Shown: positions 13,128 through 26,700 of the stretch, piece by piece
Numbering within the stretch: position 1 is the stretch's first letter
Layout of the letters: each line of letters starts with the position of its first letter
DNA from: Marsupella aquatica
Taxonomy: Eukaryota; Plantae; Marchantiophyta
Assembly (NCBI GenBank): GCA_973895155.1
Contig: OZ316891.1
Location: forward strand, 11,099,875 to 11,163,874
Direction of reading: 5' to 3'
Length of the DNA: 64,000 bases
The notes under the pieces: model-generated
Database searches by the model: none
Seen by the model: the letters and a program-made list of their open reading frames with translations, nothing else
What the model was told of the DNA's origin: nothing
Made by a program: the position numbers and the translations under genes

Positions 13128-16100
13128 TTAGTTTTTATTATCAGTTTCACTGCCATGCGCCAACTTGGACTGCAGCTTCTCACTCCGAGCACACTCTTCC
13201 TGCCATGGGTAGCCAACGGATCAGTAGAAGTTTTTCACCATGTCAACAGTTGTTATAAGGAACTTTTTTCCATAAAGTTCATGGCCTAAAACAAATGGTC
13301 ATAAGAGGCTGGAGCCTTGGCAAGCCAAACTTAAGCCAGAGCAAAAAGCACACAAAACTCGGCAGCAGACATAGGCAGATTATGCCTACTTGGAACAGTT
13401 TGACGACAGCGTAATATTGTCGCTGTGCTGTCACTGCAGCTGTGTGTTTTTCCTTCAATGAACTGTATGTGCTTTGTTCTGCCTCAAATCGTTTTTCTAT
13501 TTGATGGAGTTTCTGCAAATTCAGAAAATGGAATGAGAAACAAATTGAACATGTATAGTACTAAGCAGGATAAACTGGTTGCAAGCTTGTCGTTCAGGAA
13601 CAGGGATGTTGACTAAATTGGTAACCACTTAAAACAGGAGGACAGAGCCAGATTAATTCACAAGAATGCCAAATTTTTAGGCAGTATGGTGCCGAAAAAA
13701 TCTCAAAGACAATATACCTGTTGCACACCCTTAGCAATTCCTTCCAAGGATTCAACAAACTTAGACCGTCCACCTGGGGTCGTCATCGCTAATTCGAACT
13801 GAAACACAGATTGAGAGGTTAGACGAAGTTCATCCCTCCTTCCTTCGGAAATAGTAAAATCTCGAAAAGAAATACATCTGCATGCTCTGTTCCAATTAGT
13901 CTGGATAACAGCAACTGAAAAAGGTATGAAAGGAAAATCTACTTTTCAGTCCTTTCCTTTTTTTCGTTCTTCCAAGTTTAGGTTCACCTTTATCGTGGCA
14001 ATAAACGAATCAGAGACTAAAATAAAACCATGAAAAACATTCGCTTCAGAGCAAAATTTCACAATTAGATCCCAGAGAACCCATTGTTATGCAAGTGGAC
14101 AAAAGCATGGATGATGATATACCCCATTCGGCTCTTGCACAAAACTAAATTTAAAGCCCATTTGGAGGCCAAGAAATGCCCTTGCACGAAGATAATTGGT
14201 TGTTGACTGAAATGACAACAGCATCATCAAGTTTCTTCTGAAAACTTTTGTTACCATATTCTTGCCTTCTCACAAAAAAAGTACCTGAGAATGGATGGAA
14301 TTGAGTAGTGACAGCTCCTTCACAGTAAGCTCTTGTGCTTCTGCAAGGGCGTTGTATGTTGCATAGTACTTCCTGGTCTCCCTTAACTTCCTCTGTTAGA
14401 ACAGCGACAAAATATTTAGTGTCGACTGTGATCCTAATGCAATTGACGAGTGCCTCCTCTACAACGAGCCTGCCCGATACAATCAACATAATTGCGACCA
14501 AGGCAGTTGTTTGGCAGTGGACATTACCTGGATATGTAAATACAGTTCCACAAACCGGCGCTCGTATCTGCCCCAAAATGCCACAATCTGTCAAATTCTC
14601 CAAGACCTTAGAGGGTAGGAAATCGTACAATCTGCTGAGTGTTAAGAACCGCTACAGGATACATCAGTTGATGATTAAAAACTGCCGAGGCAACTTTTCA
14701 CCGAGTTGCAGAGGTAGGGCCATTCAAACATACTGCATGAGCTCAGTCTGTGAAGGCATGTCATCTAAGCGCCTCTGGAGCAAGGCAACAGCACGATTTC
14801 TTCTCGACAGCTCCTGCAAGCAGCCGAATGTCATGAAAACTTTGTCCAACTTGCTCACAAAGGGTAGTCATGAGAAATAATTCAAAGTCAAATGTAACAT
14901 CCTAGAATCATGACATTAATCTGAACAAGTGCTGAGGTGTAGGTCGTTTTATTACACTTCGCAAGGTGCTCCATTTTTGTAGATCGACATTATATGCACT
15001 ATTGATTTCAGCACTATGATCATCATCCTCTGCAGCCACTGCAGATGGATCCTTCTGCTGCTTGATGTGGGCCTGCATTTCAGCCCGTTTCCTCCGACAC
15101 TCTGCTCGAAAATCTGCCTCTTGCTTCTCCAAAGTCTGTCCACAAACTGCAATCTATCATGTAGAATTCATGGGATACAAAATTTCTCATACATCACACA
15201 GTACACGCCCTATTTAACAGATTTGTAGTAAAATTCAGTATAAAGTACTCACGAAGTCGAGACAAATGCAAGTGAAATCACTATAGCGAAAATAGTTTAA
15301 ATGTTCAATGCGCACAGGCCGTCTCAAGTCCTTGTTGTTACACTGCCTCTGACAACATCTTAAAAAAGAGCTTACTGTATGTGTATTACCTTAGATTTCT
15401 CCAAAAGATCCATCAGCTTTTGCACTACAGGTTCTGCACCAGCTACTTTGGCAGTGATTTGAAGCTCGTCAATAGCAGCTTGTGCTATGGCATTACGTTC
15501 ATCCTGCTATTCAAATATCGGAGGAACACTTTGCCTCGTAAGAACCTGCCGACAGGAGTCCAAAGTGACCTCTGTACAACAGTATTCTGATAAATACACA
15601 TACAAAAAACAGCACCTGCTGTATAACAGTCTGCTCCAGCTCCTTAATCGACTGTGTCGCACCATCTACTTCAGTCTGGAGATGTGCAATCTGCGCACTT
15701 TTTGCATGTATGTGCTTCCCTAAGATTTGAACCTACAAAGCAGGCCAAGAGAAACAATGATGGATGAGAGGAGTTTCTACATTATTGTACCTGTTGACAA
15801 TATATAGAAAGGGAGCGTAAATCTCTACCAAAAGACAAATTCCATTAAGTTGGTGTAGATTGTACCTGTTGATCATGTTCTGCATTATCCTCGTCACCTC
15901 TGCACCATATACCACAACAATAATCGTTTAAAGTCTCTTCCACCCTCCTCAAATCGATCTAGTAGCTATTGAACCAAAGGAGTTGCCTAAGACTAGATTG
16001 CTTCTCATGAATTGGGTACTCACATATCTGAACCAGGGAAGGAAACTCCCATAACCTCAGCTGCTGTAGACTGAACAGGTGAAAATGAGGCTGTGCTTCC

Positions 16101-18697
16101 ATCCTGTGCAGAGGTAAAGGCAAAAACACGAAAATCCACTGATCACCCACATGCACAAATGCAAAACCCAAATGAATGCGAAATGGACGGAAACTAGACA
16201 ATGTTCTTCAGTTAAGACACGTGTATCTCAATATATCTTCTACATTGTTCCCTGACCAGACATCACAATGGCTTCAAGGTGACAACATAGTTCACTAATA
16301 AGGAAGGCAAACGGAAATGCCCCTTCGCCTGACTAGATCTGAATCGAAAAGCCTTCAGCGATTCCCACGACAGTGGATGTTAATCCAGAACACTCCAAGA
16401 AGCAGGATCTCTCTCATAAATTGCCACCTCAACTTTCGTTTGTCTCAGAAAACGGAATCGAATATCAATAATAGTAATTTGACCGCTTACAGTGAAAGAG
16501 AATTCGTGGTGAAGAGCTTCTGCTGGTACGAGATTCTCCGCAGATGCTGAAAGAGAATCGCCCCTGCACAATCAGACCAATTAAGATTGCTTAACCAAAA
16601 ACTGTATGAACGATAGATATAAATTGCTAAAAGTGTCAAGAAAGGAATGGAATGTGTTTTCTGAAGAAAAGTATCACCATAGCAACATGATTGCAGCCCA
16701 TACCCGAAAAAGCTATTGAAACATTAAGCTTTTTACGTAAGTAGTTCACTGTCAGTTCATGTCTTAGAGGCTTAGAAAATCGAGAAAAACTAAACACAGT
16801 GACCTGGCGATATAGTTATGCATTTGCACATACTTCGACCCATCAAGCACTTCACGCACACGCTCCTGAACCGATGCTTCCAGTATTGCTTCAATGTTTT
16901 CCTGCATCCAAATCAATCGACTGGTAAAGTAAAAATTGAGAATGAGCCTCTACTTTTAAGCTTCTGTCCTCATTGAAAAACTAGAGCAATTCAAATTTAT
17001 CAAAACGGAAAGACCAAGGTATCAGACATCGTTCTACCCCTGAACATCCAGATTACACAACTTAATGATTACACACCTAGCAGCAGTACAACAATCTTCT
17101 TTGATTGACTAGTTTTTCATTTCATTTTCTAGTAGAAAAATCTTGGGAGAATCTTGATTGGATGATTGAGACTAAGAAACCAAACCAGACGGGCATCTTG
17201 TATTGAACTTTCATAGGGTAGCTTGTAATTCTTCTGATACTGCAAATGTGCGTATCTCCTTGCCTGACAAACATATTAAGAAATTCAGGTGTCAATGACA
17301 ATTTCCTCTTGTTCATTAAAGTATGTCAAGCAAAATGTCATGGAGGGCTCAATGAAAAATTTCAGAAAACTGGAAGAAAAAACCTACTTCACTGCATACA
17401 TCACTGTTGTGGTTATAAGTCTCCTCGAAATAAGAGGACAATGTACCTGATCCCCAAACTCTTCTAGTGTAGCCAAAACCCGCTTTACTAGCCACTGAAC
17501 GACAGGGAGAACGGCCTGGTAATCAAGACCTTGAATCTGGTGAGCTTGAAGTGGATGAGGGCAGGCCATTCTTTGCAACGCCTCTTCAATTGCCTCCCCT
17601 ACTTTTCTGACATCTCAGAAAATGAACCATCAGTGTACATCTTTCAGAGAGAGCACCAATCTGCCCTGATGGACAATACAATACGTGACGCTTGAATGTC
17701 CTCCATCATGGAAAGAACTGCCCTACTCCCTAACTTCCCTCGATTGAGCAAGCTCACAATTTGAGCCTTCACATTTTCTCAAAGTTCATAGTAAATAAAT
17801 TAAGAAAACTGACGTCAACGCCGCAATTCAAAAGCAATGATTACACTATATTGTACATTATACCCACATAATAGTAATCTTAGTATTTTTACGGCTGATT
17901 AGACCCACTACCAAATGAGGTCAAACTAAACGGCGAGGCCAGCCAGGCATGCTCTGAACTACATGGAATAGAGAATCTCCATGTAACGCAGATCAATTGT
18001 CCGATGAGGAGCAAATTTGCAAGGCCCCCTTCTGCATGCCAATAGTCGGGACCGTAAACCTACGACGAAGAAATTCCTTGAACATTAATTATCTGATCCA
18101 GACCCCTAAATAGCATAGGTCTCTCAATCTCGGTCGGTGTCCCATCTGATATAATAAAAAAAGAAGTCTAACTAGTCCACCACGTCCAGGGATCGGCTCG
18201 AAGGGTCAATGCTACTGTTAAATTCCAGATGGCTGGACTCACAAATTGATCTACAGTGCCTTGCAAGAATAGCGTGCAGTCCCAATTCTACGGCCAGACA
18301 CAGAATTTAGTCGCAATAGCTCTGCCTTGCATCGACCATTCGCTGTATACCTTTGAATTTAAGTATCGAAATTAAAAACCCTTAAGGGCGCCCGTAGAAT
18401 TGCTTCAAGGGCAGTGACTGGTAACTCGTCAGCGGATTCAAAGTGAAGTTCGGAGAAGGGAGAGAACATAGGAGAGGACGGGTTAAGTACGTACATTTTG
18501 TAGTAAAGCGTGGCGTCATCGTCGTAGAAGATGTCGAAATCCACGTCCACTTTGCTGAAAGTGATGCACCAAGCCAGTCCACCAGTCAACTTGTCAAAGG
18601 CCGAAAGAGATGAGATGTGCGCCCTGAAATATCCTCGCGCCAGCAGCAGATCCAGGATCGATTGCAGCAGCTGCGTTCTCTCCCCATCGTCCTCCAT
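13128..18697 (-). CDS. CCDC93: Coiled-coil domain-containing protein 93 (CCC/Commander complex subunit), multi-exon
   Basis: Exon 1 (18697-18495) encodes MEDDGERTQLLQSILDLLLARGYFRAHISSLSAFDKLTGGLAWCI. Exon 2 (from 17606) encodes CPHPLQAHQIQGLDYQAVLPVVQWLVKRV. Both match the conserved CCDC93 N-terminus. Coiled-coil exons lie at about 14957-15146, 14734-14814 and 13390-13512, and the last exon 13199-13128 reads EECARSEKLQSKLAHGSETDNKN*. Not all internal exon borders were resolved. Confidence 0.9.
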
Positions 18698-20370
18698 TCG
18701 GCTCTCCTCCTCTGCTCTGCTCAGTTTCCTCAGCTTTTTTGAAGGCCTGAAATCGCCCCTACACCAATTCACGACATCCCATCGACCACCTTGAGTCCCT
18801 GAGCTGGGATTGCCAAGCGTCTCGACTCCGGCTTCCCCGATTTGCTGTTTTTCAAAAACCTGGTCATGCAACGCGGAATCTCAAAGGAATACCGTCCACT
18901 GTAAAACCCGCTCTGTTCGCATTACACTGTATGGCCTGCGTCGTTACTGTACCGATAAGATCGGGCATCCTGTAAGAAGCAAAAGATATGACTGTGTAAG
19001 AAGGAGTCAAGGACCCTTCCGTTCTGACTGAACTGCGTCAGTACGTGCGGAAACAACTGTAACTACTAGACTGCAGTAATGGCACTACGTAGTAGTTGGG
19101 CTTGCAGCGAAGGTACAGCCCATGGTATTTATGGAGGGGCACCAAGAGTCGCAGGATGGGCGACGGTCTCTAGGAAAGTCTTCACGGTCAATCTTAATTC
19201 TTATATTACTCTCCCCACAGTAGTACCGTCGTGTAGTCCAGGTTGGCCTCATGAATAAATATTATTATTATTAAAATTTATATTTTTGAGTCCAACAAAC
19301 AAGGTTTGGGTGTTCGTGAAACCTGCAAAGGCATTTTATTCAAGAAATTTCGAGAATACTCTACTATAGGTATCCTGGCGTAAACTGTGACTGGCAAAGT
19401 AAAGAAACATTTGAAGAATAATGATGGGTGGGAGCATTTAGACTTGAATAAGGTGTTGCACAAGATTGTCCATAGGCAACTAGTGTTGACTGAAGTGTTA
19501 CTGAGAGTAAGGTAGATGGCCACACACTGAGACACTGAGAGTCAGCTAATCAGTATGACAATTGGATCTTGAGAAATTTGTGAGGTGCTGAGAGTGTGAC
19601 CCCTATAGGCACTTATCATAGTTAAGAAACAAATGTCGTCCTAATCAACTCCCATAATCAACTTGCTTAATGCCCAATGCCAACTTCCAGGATACACAGT
19701 GTAAGGGTCAATCCCTACACTGCTCTTGTCTGTGAGGTTGTGAGAATGATCAGGCAGTGAAGCTTGCTCTTTCTCTTTGGTGCAGGTTTGGTTTGCAACC
19801 CCCCCCCCCCTTTTTGTTCTTTCTGGCCCTGCAGGTTCTCTTCATCCATGAGGTTCAAGGGTTATACAATCGAATTTACAAAACAAAAAAACAGCACAGA
19901 AAAATGTCTATAATCAAACACCTCCATAATGAAATTTTGGAGACAGACCATGAAAACTGAAGAGTGTCATAGTGTCTTGGCTGGAAGGCTGGAAGGCAGG
20001 ATGTTTTTGAAGCTGCTATATTGGTGAATGCAACTTTCAGTATTTTGTCTTATTCAAACTTCTTTTTTTATACATTTTTATTTCAATGTGTCATACCAAG
20101 GTGCATCCGTTGTATAGTTTAATTTCCAATTTATTTGGGCACCCCTCTAATTTTTTAAATCTTTGCTATATTTTAAGATCATCTACCCTATAACAAAGCT
20201 CGTTGAATTTCTAGCCCTTATTCTCATGAGTACAGAAAAAATGATCTAAATAATGTGCACATTTTATGTCTTTAAATACTACTCATGGTTTTGTGTCCTA
20301 AATTTATGGTTTTAATTATTTTGAATGTCATTACCTAAAGTAAGTACATAAATATCTTTACTCATGTACA

Positions 20371-20496
20371 TTATGTGCACATCCCAATATCATAAACTAT
20401 AAACTTTTTTATTTTTGTTATGTGCACATCCCAATATCATAAACTTAAACTTTTTTTATTTTTGTACCTTATGTGCACAAGTTTCAATATCATAGA
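20371..20496. repeat. About 48-bp AT-rich tandem repeat, 2-3 copies
   Basis: TTATGTGCACATCCCAATATCATAAACT at 20371 and 20418, with a degenerate third copy at 20469. Confidence 0.8.
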
Positions 20497-21418
20497 GTGT
20501 AGTCTTCTTAGTCAATGTATTATTTATATTTTAATTAGAATATCTATATATCACTAAAAAACAAAAAAAAATGAAGCATGTTGGGATGAGCATGCTAGGC
20601 TGGAAGGCAGGAAGGCACTCTGCATACGTGTGTTGTGTAATTTACTTTTTCCATTAAAGGAGCCAGAGACAACCCACCAAGGGTCAATCTCGGCAGTACC
20701 TTTCTTTTCATAAATGTGAATCAAACCCATGGAGTTCATGAGGGAAGTAAGTGTATGTAACATTCAATGAGAGGGACAGGTGCAGGAAAAGTTTGTACTG
20801 TAGATACTCAAAAACCACTTGTTTCATACCTAATGTACTGTATTGTACTGTATTGTACAAGTCTTTTTGAGTCAACTTCGGTAGAATATACCTTATTTTA
20901 ACAACATGGTCAGGTTCAAACAAAGGAACATGATAATCGGATGGCTCACAATGCGTAATTACCCAACTCACATGGATGTAGCAGCATTCGAGACCTAAAA
21001 CATGTGACCATCTATATAAAGAAAGATCCTATTCGAGTTCAGAGAGTAACATAATGATCCATCCAGGCTGTGGTGGCCCATGTGAGTTGTTTGCCAAACA
21101 TTGTCGTGTGTCTGTTTTGCTCAAACGAACACTTTATGAGGAGAAAAGATCTGACTCGTTGTTAAGATTGACTTAATCTCCATCTCTTGATTGTGGAGTT
21201 GCAAATCACAAGAGTATTTGTAAAACTGCTAACGACATTATACTGGAGTTCATTACAATTGCAGGAATGCACAATGAATAGCCAGCATGAACTAGCATTA
21301 CACAACAATGTCCTGCAATGACGATGAGCACTGTGCAACAACTTCTTGCATGCACAAGCAGGACTTTTCCTTGAAACAATTCACTTCCTGAATAGTTAGG
21401 GATCTCTTAACAAGCATG

Positions 21419-21695
21419 AAGTAATCGTTAGGATTTCAGTGATCAAGCAACACTGGCAGCAACACCATAGATTGTAGAGATCTGTAGGAAGATATAAATC
21501 TTGGAGTTCGCAAGTCCCAAACAAGCATTCTCAGCGACAGGATACATGGAAGATCTAAAGTAATCGTTAGCATTTCATTGATCAAGCAACAATGACAGCA
21601 ACACCATAGATTGTAGAGATCCGCAGGAAGATTCAAATCTTGGACTTCTCAGTCCCAAACAAGCATTCTCACCGACAGGATAAATTGGAGATCTA
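21419..21695. repeat. 139-bp tandem duplication
   Basis: AAGTAATCGTTAG.ATTTCA.TGATCAAGCAACA...CAGCAACACCATAGATTGTAGAGATC...AGTCCCAAACAAGCATTCTCA.CGACAGGATA begins at 21419 and again at 21558. Confidence 0.9.
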
Positions 21696-23696
21696 ATTCT
21701 TCTCCTCGTCCCTGAAAATTTGGTTGTACTGTACACGTAAGGATGACCATTACAGCCCTAAAAATAAATACTGACTTATCCGAGTATAGATAAATATTGT
21801 TGGCAAACGGAAAAGTGAAGTCCAGATAAATTTCTTTCGACATTGCTCGACATTTTTAAAGCAAAAAAACTCAGCTTTCTCCCACACCGTGTGCGAACTT
21901 GATTGTCCACGACACTTTAGTAAAAATCGTGGAGTATATCTCTCAATTGGAGGGTTTTATGTTCTTAACTGTTCGTGGAAAGTGGACTGTCAATCATAAA
22001 CCCAAACAATCATAAGAGTGTGACCTGAGTCGTAAACCAAAACGATATTAAGAGTCTTGTAAAATAATTGACCTCCTGCTCTCTACTCTTGCAAGCTCAC
22101 TTCTCTCTCTCCCGACTTTCCCTCAACACTACACTCCTGTTTGAGGAGGTTTTCTAAACAGCTCAAGTAAGCATCTGCACTGGTGCCCTCCTCCATTGGC
22201 TCCTCTCCTCTCCCTTTTCTGACTCTGTGCCCCCACCGTCAGCCCATGCTCCCTGTGCAGGGAGTGTAAGGGAAGTATGCACTCTGCTAGGGGAGATGAG
22301 GGAGGCTTTAGGAGGGTCTACTGACAATCCAATCCTTTGCCAGCCAGAATAATTCATTGCTTAATAATCTATTGATAAATTACACAATGTTTGTATTTTA
22401 TTAATTTAGACATTAGTGATTGTAAACAAGCATAGGTCAAGGGATTTGTCTAGAGGTCCCAGGTTCAATTCCCCCACGTGGAACGGGTGTCAAGGGTATA
22501 TGTGGGTGAGTTGTAGTGGTGAGAATACTGGTTGCACTTCAGTCCCTGGCTAGTCAGCTTTGGAGCCCTCGTTTAATCCTTACTCACTCCTGGTCGGATC
22601 CCTGGATATTGCCCCTCTTGGGATTCCTTACAGACTGTAATGCTCCAAACCAAGAAGTCTATCCTATTTTGGATGGGTCTTGTGTTGGCATTTTAAGGCA
22701 AAATAAAATAATTTTGATTTTAATATCATAGTAATGACTAGAAAATAATGATAATACAAAAACAAATAATACGTCCACTTGACTTTAAACTTCCCTTCTT
22801 CATTCATTGAATCTAGTTGCCCCATTTAGAATCATAGGAAATTAAAATTTTAAAAAAAATTCAAAGTTTCTGTGATTCTTTAGAAATGATTAATGGAGAA
22901 CTACCTGAGGAACTTCGAGAACTGTCCTTAGCAACAAGCTCTGCCTGAAGTACTGGACCGACAACCTCGTATGTAAAAGCCTTGTGAGAATGTAGACATG
23001 ATTGTCGTATCAATAACGTACAGATAGACAGTGTCCCATCCAATCATAGAGAGACAACTCCAACTCCTCCCTGGGCAAGTTGACACTGGAAATAGTCCTA
23101 CCTTCCAACGATCAAGTACCATATACTTGAGTCGTTATGGTGCAATATGTAGTCCTTGAATTAAAGACCCCATCGATGGAGTCAAGGAGCTGGTTGTGAG
23201 TTCTCATGTACAACGGGAAATTGCTGCCACACACACACTGGGGCATGACACGCCCACAATTTGTTTGCGCACTCAGTTTGCATTCACCAACTCACAAGTC
23301 ATGACCATGATGTGTTCAACATGCAACCTTCGTCGTCCAGAGTCCTTCCTCAACTGCACTTATGAAGATATTCAGGAGATCAATTTGAATAATTATGAGG
23401 TTCCCCCATAAAAGCTAGGGTTTGGGCTTTGACTCTAATGTTCACCCCCCAGCCTCACCTTTTTGTAACGAGAATTAGGTGTTAAGTTGACATTTACCCT
23501 ATTTTCAGAACAAAAACTAAGATATATCATAACTATCTTGTCGTGGTCACCAAAGAGAATTACTTGTTGAATTTACATTCAGTTTTCAATTGAAAAGAAA
23601 ATTATATGTTAAATTTACATAAGCCATATTGCCAGAACACAAATTAACTAAGACACATTCACTCCCATAGTTTGGTTTGTAGGTCATAAATATTTT

Positions 23697-23753
23697 ATCT
23701 TGGTTTATGTTCTGGCTGTACCAGGATCACATAGCCAGAACATAAACCAAGAT
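23697..23753. repeat. Perfect 21-bp inverted repeat (hairpin)
   Basis: ATCTTGGTTTATGTTCTGGCT (23697-23717) is the exact reverse complement of AGCCAGAACATAAACCAAGAT (23733-23753). Confidence 0.9.
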
Positions 23754-26700
23754 TTAACACCAAGTGGAAATTCAAACAGCAATTCCTTTGCATTTTCAAA
23801 ATGTCAAAATATTATATGACTTTTGGGTGTACAGTGATGCATTGTGTTACACAGTCCATGGGGATAGGTTTAGGGTTCTCTCCATAAATGTAGAATTAGA
23901 TTAGAACATGTGTTTCTGGACAAAATGTCAGCTTTACTCAATTGTCTCCATGGGTTCTCCTATTTGCCCACCAAACCAGACTTTTGCATTTAATCCAATT
24001 TGCTCAAACCTTGCTCTTGTGTATGTTTTTCAGCTGCATGTCTTACTTTATATTTGTTTGTATTCTTCTATTTCCCTCCACATACCAAAACCCCAAAATG
24101 CTGTCCCTTGTTTTCCCCTCTTTCCAAATTTCATTCCTTACATGTTTCGTCTCTTGAACATAAATTATATTAAAATTTTCAATCTAAACACCTTGGATAA
24201 CACATTAATGTAATGCTAGTTCTAGTTAAAAGAGCAGAAGTCAAAAGCTAGTTTATGGCTGGTACCAGCCCGAATTACATCTTGTGCCAATGAGGGAGAT
24301 GATAAAAGTAATTATCAAAATATTTATTTTCACTGTTTGGATCTCCTGAGATTTAAGGAGAACCATAAGCTTGTGGGAAATAAGCTGTGCACTTGGACTA
24401 CCTAGAGAAACAATAACTGTGGAAAATCTGCACTATAGGTTGTGATCAAATCAAAGTCTGATGTGCATAACCTATTCAGTAGATGCCATAGGCTATGGCA
24501 TAAATTCTAGTGTAACAGAAAAAATTGATAATTTGACTATGCTTGTGAGCATGGACTAAAATGTGGAGTCTGGGTCTCGGTCTGGGTATAAGGAGCCCTT
24601 CCTATGCTTACTATGGGTATACTTAGGCTAGTTCTACTCAAAATTGAGTAAAGTTTTGGATGAGATGAAACATGCACCACTAAAACAACTGCCCAATGAT
24701 AGAGTGTGGACAGATTCACAGAGATGGAAAAGGAATCTGGTTACATACTGCAAAGTGTAAAAGAGATGGTCAGGAGAAGGGGAAGAGGAAATATTTGAGC
24801 TCACAGATCCCTGGAATGTCATTTACTACATTGTCAAGACACCTGTGCATGCTTCCCAAACTATGCGCGAATGATGTCAAGATAAATACCGGTCCAGGAG
24901 TATGAGCTCTATTTCTGTCCAGTGGCTATGAGTGTTGCAGTAGATTATCTGTGTTGGAAGGCAGATGCATATTCAAATCACCCTTGAGGCACAGTGCTTT
25001 TTACACATCCCATTCAAAAGTGGGGTTGAGACTAAGTTCCTTATGCTTAGATGAAAAATGATAGTCACTCAAGTCTTTATGGGCAATAGACGGATAGAGG
25101 ACAGTCAGATCCAATAAAGACTTTCCAGGGATGCATATCGCTGGGTGAGGAGATCCCTCTTTACATTAGGGGAGACAAGTCCTTGGAAGTGCCTTCGTTG
25201 CACCGTCAGGTTACAACCCCACTGCTTGCTGGCCGAGCCCTAGGCTTATAATAGTGATATGCATACTAGTGATAGGTGGTCTATTTTATCCACCAGGCTA
25301 TGGGCCAGTGGCATACAGTCTGAGTGGGGTGGCAAAGGTCAAATCCCCCTGGAGACATCCTTCGTTTGACCCAAACCCCCACCCAAAAAGTGGGGATAAG
25401 TTGCTCTTAACACTTAGAATCAAATGGAACACTTTAGTTGGTGCCTTCACAGCTTGACTGCCATAAAGACACTTCCCAGGACTACAGTAATCTTGGTGAA
25501 TATACAAACCATGACTGTGCCAGCTACATTCTGTTGTGGAAAATTGGCCAAAAAACACCTCACCGAGAGTATTAGATATTTATAGTGAAAATTTGTCAGG
25601 CTTTTTACTGACCTCATTTCCGCATTCAGTAACGCATTTGCCAGAATTGTACTGTTCTCCTTGAACATAGAGAAATCTATAGTGATGATCAGACATTGAT
25701 AGAGGAAAATCAGATGGAATACTCTTACTTTAGTGTAAAGATGCACCACCTTTCTGATGAGAAATTTCCAGATGTTTTGTCTTCATTAGCCAAAACTCCA
25801 CTACAGTAGGTAGAATGTGAAGGATGTCTTTATTAAATCTAGAGACAATTAACGGTCAAAAATTAACATAATGAAAGTAGAACACGAATCGTCTTAGCAT
25901 CATGTCCTTCATACAAGCCTAAGTAGCTAACATTCGTCACCCCGACAAACCCTTATAAATTAGCATGACAAGTACCACCCTCCAATCAGCCGCCAAAACA
26001 TCTCGCCGGTATCTTTGTTTTCAAGCCAAGGCCATTTCCGCAAATAAGGTACAATAGCCGTTTGGTCCGTTTGGGGCCCCACGGTAAAGGCCACGGGGAA
26101 AGGGCTGCAATCAAGAATTCAAAGCCCAACTCGGGCCAGGGCCAGCAGCAGCCGCCGGCATCTCTGTCGGCCCTCGCCTGACGGATGGAAGCTCCAGTAC
26201 TCCAGTAGTGTACCGGCCCTTATTACCAGCCCTCGGCCAACTCCGAACATGCGCAGCAAATCAACGTACCGACACGCGGATGGTGGAAACTCGTCTGTCG
26301 TCACACTGTACCGGACTTTTTCGGTCCGACGTGGATGAATGTCGCTCGTTAGAGAAGTGCAAGATTAAATGAGAAATATAATTTTGGGGGGTCTTCTTAC
26401 AATCATCGATAGTAACGAGTTTCAAAAGTGTTCTTCGATGAATGCAACAAGAACAATGAAATAGAAGAATTTGACTATGAATGCACCAAAGTCACAGTAT
26501 ATGCATTTTTCTAGTGAAATATTACAATATCAGATGAAATTGCACTTACCAAATCGTACCTCCTTCCAGCCACCTACCTTGTCATCTGTGTTCGGAAGAC
26601 ACTTCGATCCTTTCTTCGTAAAGCCTAGAAAGATCTTAGATCCTGAAGGGTTGTGCAATTAGATGATTACTCAGCTGGTATCTGTGTATAGTGCCCCACA

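Noticed and set aside
14151-14880. 159-aa and 181-aa ORFs inside CCDC93
   Set aside because: They overlap short CCDC93 exons and introns in other frames or on the antisense strand, and show no independent protein signature.
22452-22476. tRNA T-arm/B-box motif (GAGGTCCCAGGTTCAATTCCCC)
   Set aside because: No matching A box, D-arm or acceptor stem. At most a SINE remnant.
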